Assembly: GCF_004010195.1 (NCBI RefSeq)
Contig: NC_057754.1
Coordinates: forward strand, 11,935,609 to 11,999,608
DNA from: Chiloscyllium plagiosum
Taxonomy: Eukaryota
Direction: 5' to 3'
Length of the DNA stretch: 64,000 nt
Part shown: piece by piece, positions 60,850-64,000 of the stretch
How positions within the stretch are numbered: position 1 is the stretch's first letter
Layout: every line of letters begins with the position of its first letter
Notes under the pieces: model-generated
Seen by the model: the letters and a program-made list of their open reading frames with translations, nothing else
What the model was told of the DNA's origin: nothing
Database searches by the model: none
Translations under genes and position numbers: made by a program

Positions 60850-63400
60850 AGGAAGATACAGGAAAAGAAAACTTTCATAAAAGCTGGGGAACACGGTGAT
60901 TGGTGCACAGATGACTGTAAAACTTTGCAGAGGAACATAGATACAAATTGACTGAGTGGGCAACGTCTGACAGATGGACTTTTGAAAATGAGGAACTGCA
61001 GGAAATTGGAATTAACAAAGAGGATTTTCTTTTTCAAAAACCTCACTGAATTTAAGGTTGGCAAAGCTAATGTATCCGATGAGCTATATCCCAGAGTATT
61101 GGGAGGTGGCAGAGAGGGAATACAGAAAACTGAACACTGAAGAGCTTAATGTCAGCTATGAGAAGAAAAAAAACATTGGAATGATTTATAAGGAACGTGA
61201 CAACTAGGCATTTGCAGAAAAATGACATGATTTGGTAGAGTCGGCCTAGATTCATGAATGTGATAGGATCTTTGGTAAACCTGCTAGAGATTGTGGATGA
61301 TGTCCATTGTAATATCAACAGTTCAGAACCAGTGGGAGTGGAGTAATCGAATTTTCAGAAGACGTTTGACATGTTTGAATGCAGATGATTGTAGAATCCA
61401 TAGTTATATAGGGATGGAATATACACTATATGGATTAAAAATTGGATTAATGGAGAGAATGGAGAGAACAGGTTTTTTTTCTTTGGACTGAAGGCTTGCG
61501 GGATATCAGAAAAATCAGTGATTGGGCAACAGCTGTGAGCAAGGTATTAAAATGATTCAAATGTGAACGTCAAACACTATCATTCTCCTTTATGTTTATT
61601 AAATGGTGAGAGGTTGGGAACTGCTGCCGTTGAAAACGACCTGGATGTCCTTGGTCATAAGGCCCTGACCGAATTCATGCGGGCAGCAAGTTAATTATTT
61701 GTGGCCCTTAATGCAAAATACTTGTAGTATCAGAGTAAATACATCTTTCCCAACAGTAGTGCTTCACTGAAAGAGTATTTGGTGTGTTGTTTACAGGTTC
61801 TATCTGTTTCATAAGTAATGATCTCCTTGTTACCGAAACAGTGCAAACGGGTTTCACTAGAATTACGTCTGGGTTGATGGTACCATGAGGAGAAAGGTCA
61901 ACAAATAAACACACACAAAAGAACTTCACAACTAGGAGCACGAGTAGGCTTATTGAGCTTGCTTTTGAGCAGCCATTCAGTAAGATCATGGCTGATCTGT
62001 TTCAGGTCTCAGATCCATTTTTCAGCGCTCACCCCATTTCCATCTAACTTAGCTTTAAAACATTTGCTGACGTAGCGTCAAATTCTTCACTAGGCAAGGA
62101 ATTCCATAGATTAACAACCTTCTGGGTGAAGATATTCCTTCTCAATTCAGTCCTAAATCTGGTCCCTCTCATGTTGAGGTGATGCCCTCTTCACTTAGTT
62201 TCAACTGCCAGTGGAAACATCCTCTCCCCTTTTATCTTATCTATTCCCTTCATAATTACATATGTTCATATACCATCCCCTCTCAGTCTTCTGAAATGTA
62301 ACGTATCACAGAACGTTGTGGAAAGTCAGGGAAGAAATTATGAGACCTTTTGCAGAAATATTTGCATCATCAATAACTACTTTTGAAATGGCTGATGATT
62401 GCAGCCTGACAAACGTTGTGCCTTTGTTAAATAATGATTGTAAGGAGAAACCAGTGATCTATAGATCAGTGAGTCTCACTTCTGTTGTGGCTAAATTGTT
62501 GGAGTAGTTTTAAAAGATAGGATTTGTGGACATTTACAGGGCAAAAATTATGAGGGATAGTCAGCATGGTTTATCGTGGAAAATCGTATCTCACAAATTT
62601 ATTGGGATTCTGAGGAAGTTAAGTAAGATAATACCAGAACAATAGACATTGTTTACTTGGACTTCAGTGAACTTTCGCAAGGTTGTACACAGTGGACGAA
62701 TTAGTAAAGTTAGATCAAATGGATTTCAAATTCAGCTTGGCAATTGGATACACAATTGGCCTCACGATATGACAGGGAGTAATGGTAGAGGGTTGGCTCT
62801 AGGACTGAAGGCCAGTGACAAGCGGTATTCTAGAGGGATCAGTTCTGGGTCCTATTTTGTTGTCTTTTATAGAAATGATTTCAATAGTTAGTAGGTTTGC
62901 AGACGATGCAAAAATTGGTGGCCCAGTAGACAATGAAGAAGGTATTCTAAGATTGCAAAAAGGTTTTGGTCAAATAGGCCAATGAGATGGAAATTGTCAG
63001 ATAGAGTTCAATCTGCATAAAAGTGAGGTATTTATTTTGGTGCAATAAACGAGTGTAATGCTTATGGAAATAATGATGAGGCATTGGATAGTGTTGCAGA
63101 ACAGAAGGACCTGGGGTATAGGTACATAATTCTTTGAAGTCTGAGTCGTTTATAGAAAGGGTTGATAAAAAGGCATTTGGTACACTTCCTTTTGAGTGGA
63201 AGAGTCAGGTAACCATGTTGAGATTGTACAGGACACGAGTGAAGTCTTTTCTGCAAAGTTGTCCAGTTCTGACCGCCCAATTATAGGAAGAATTTTATCA
63301 ACCTGAAGTGAGTTCAGAAGAGATTAACCATGATATTGCCGGTTCTGGAAGGTTTGAGTTAAAAAGAAAAGCGAGTACGCAAGGGTGTTTTTACTGGCGT
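60850..63400. mobile_element. Several CR1 fragments (+ 60850-61690; - 61930-62300; + 62310-63400)
   Basis: YRSVSLTSVVAKLLE, YLDFS, FADDAKIGG motifs. Confidence 0.8.
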
Positions 63401-63409
63401 GAGAAGGTT

Positions 63410-63506
63410 GAGAGTCGAGAGTGTGATGATGGAAAAGCACACAGGTAAGGCAGCATCTGAGGAGAAGGAAAGTCGACATTTCGGGCAAAAGCCCTTCATG
63501 AGGAAC
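63410..63506 (-). mobile_element. PLE pseudo-LTR scrap with decayed HHR
   Basis: - strand cctcatgaagggcttttgcccgaaatgtcgac. Confidence 0.65.
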
Positions 63507-64000
63507 ATCTTGGAGGAGGAGTTGTGGAATAATTACTCCACGTTCGACAAAAAGTTTCCAAGAGATGCAGAAAGTCCTTCACGAAATTAAACTTTAATCT
63601 TGCAAAATCAAAGCTGTGGCAGACAGAAAATGCCCTCCCTGAGTTCCAACTAGTGTTTGTCCCTCTGCAGTTTGTGCAGTTTTGTTCCCGTGCTTACCGG
63701 ATAACATTAGTATTAACAATCATGCTGGCTTGCTTTATCTCTCTAAATTAGTCATCGTCTGCTTCACTAGTTCCTAAGTTACACTTAAGCTATCACAGCA
63801 CATGACGATTATCTGTTAATGGAGCCCTGTGTTATGATCCCGGGCATACATTACAACGCTAAGTTAACTACATAACTGCCAGAATAACTTCCAAATATTC
63901 CCGCCTTTGAAACCAACAGGTCACACACAGAGAAAGAAGGCAAGGAGGCAGGACGCACAAAGACTAAATCGAATGACAGAGAATCAACGCCAGTACGAAT

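Noticed and set aside
63615..64000. Possible short LTRs (TG...CA)
   Set aside because: No TSD or internal sequence visible, and truncated by the window end

Overview
Repeat-dense vertebrate genomic DNA, most likely a cartilaginous fish (shark). The evidence is HE1-type V-SINEs that share their 3' tail with CR1-clade LINEs, plus Penelope-like elements (PLEs) and Gmr1-type LTR elements. I recognise no intact protein-coding gene, rRNA, tRNA or CRISPR array. Two N-gaps lie at 32369-32844 and 42407-42906. Most of the window is decayed CR1/LINE, SINE, PLE and Gypsy sequence. Three things stand out. (1) Many PLE-derived short insertions, several with 14-15 bp target-site duplications (TSDs), carry minimal hammerhead-ribozyme (HHR) motifs. 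One is an ORF-less ~305-nt unit inserted as a tandem-plus-inverted multimer resembling a non-LTR retrozyme (844-1671). (2) A Gmr1-like Gypsy element has SCAN-like gag and the unusual PR-IN-RT-RH order. (3) A series of + strand non-repeat segments have good splice sites and near-open reading frames, and look like the remains of one or more unidentified multi-exon genes. Boundaries of old repeats are approximate, read by eye.
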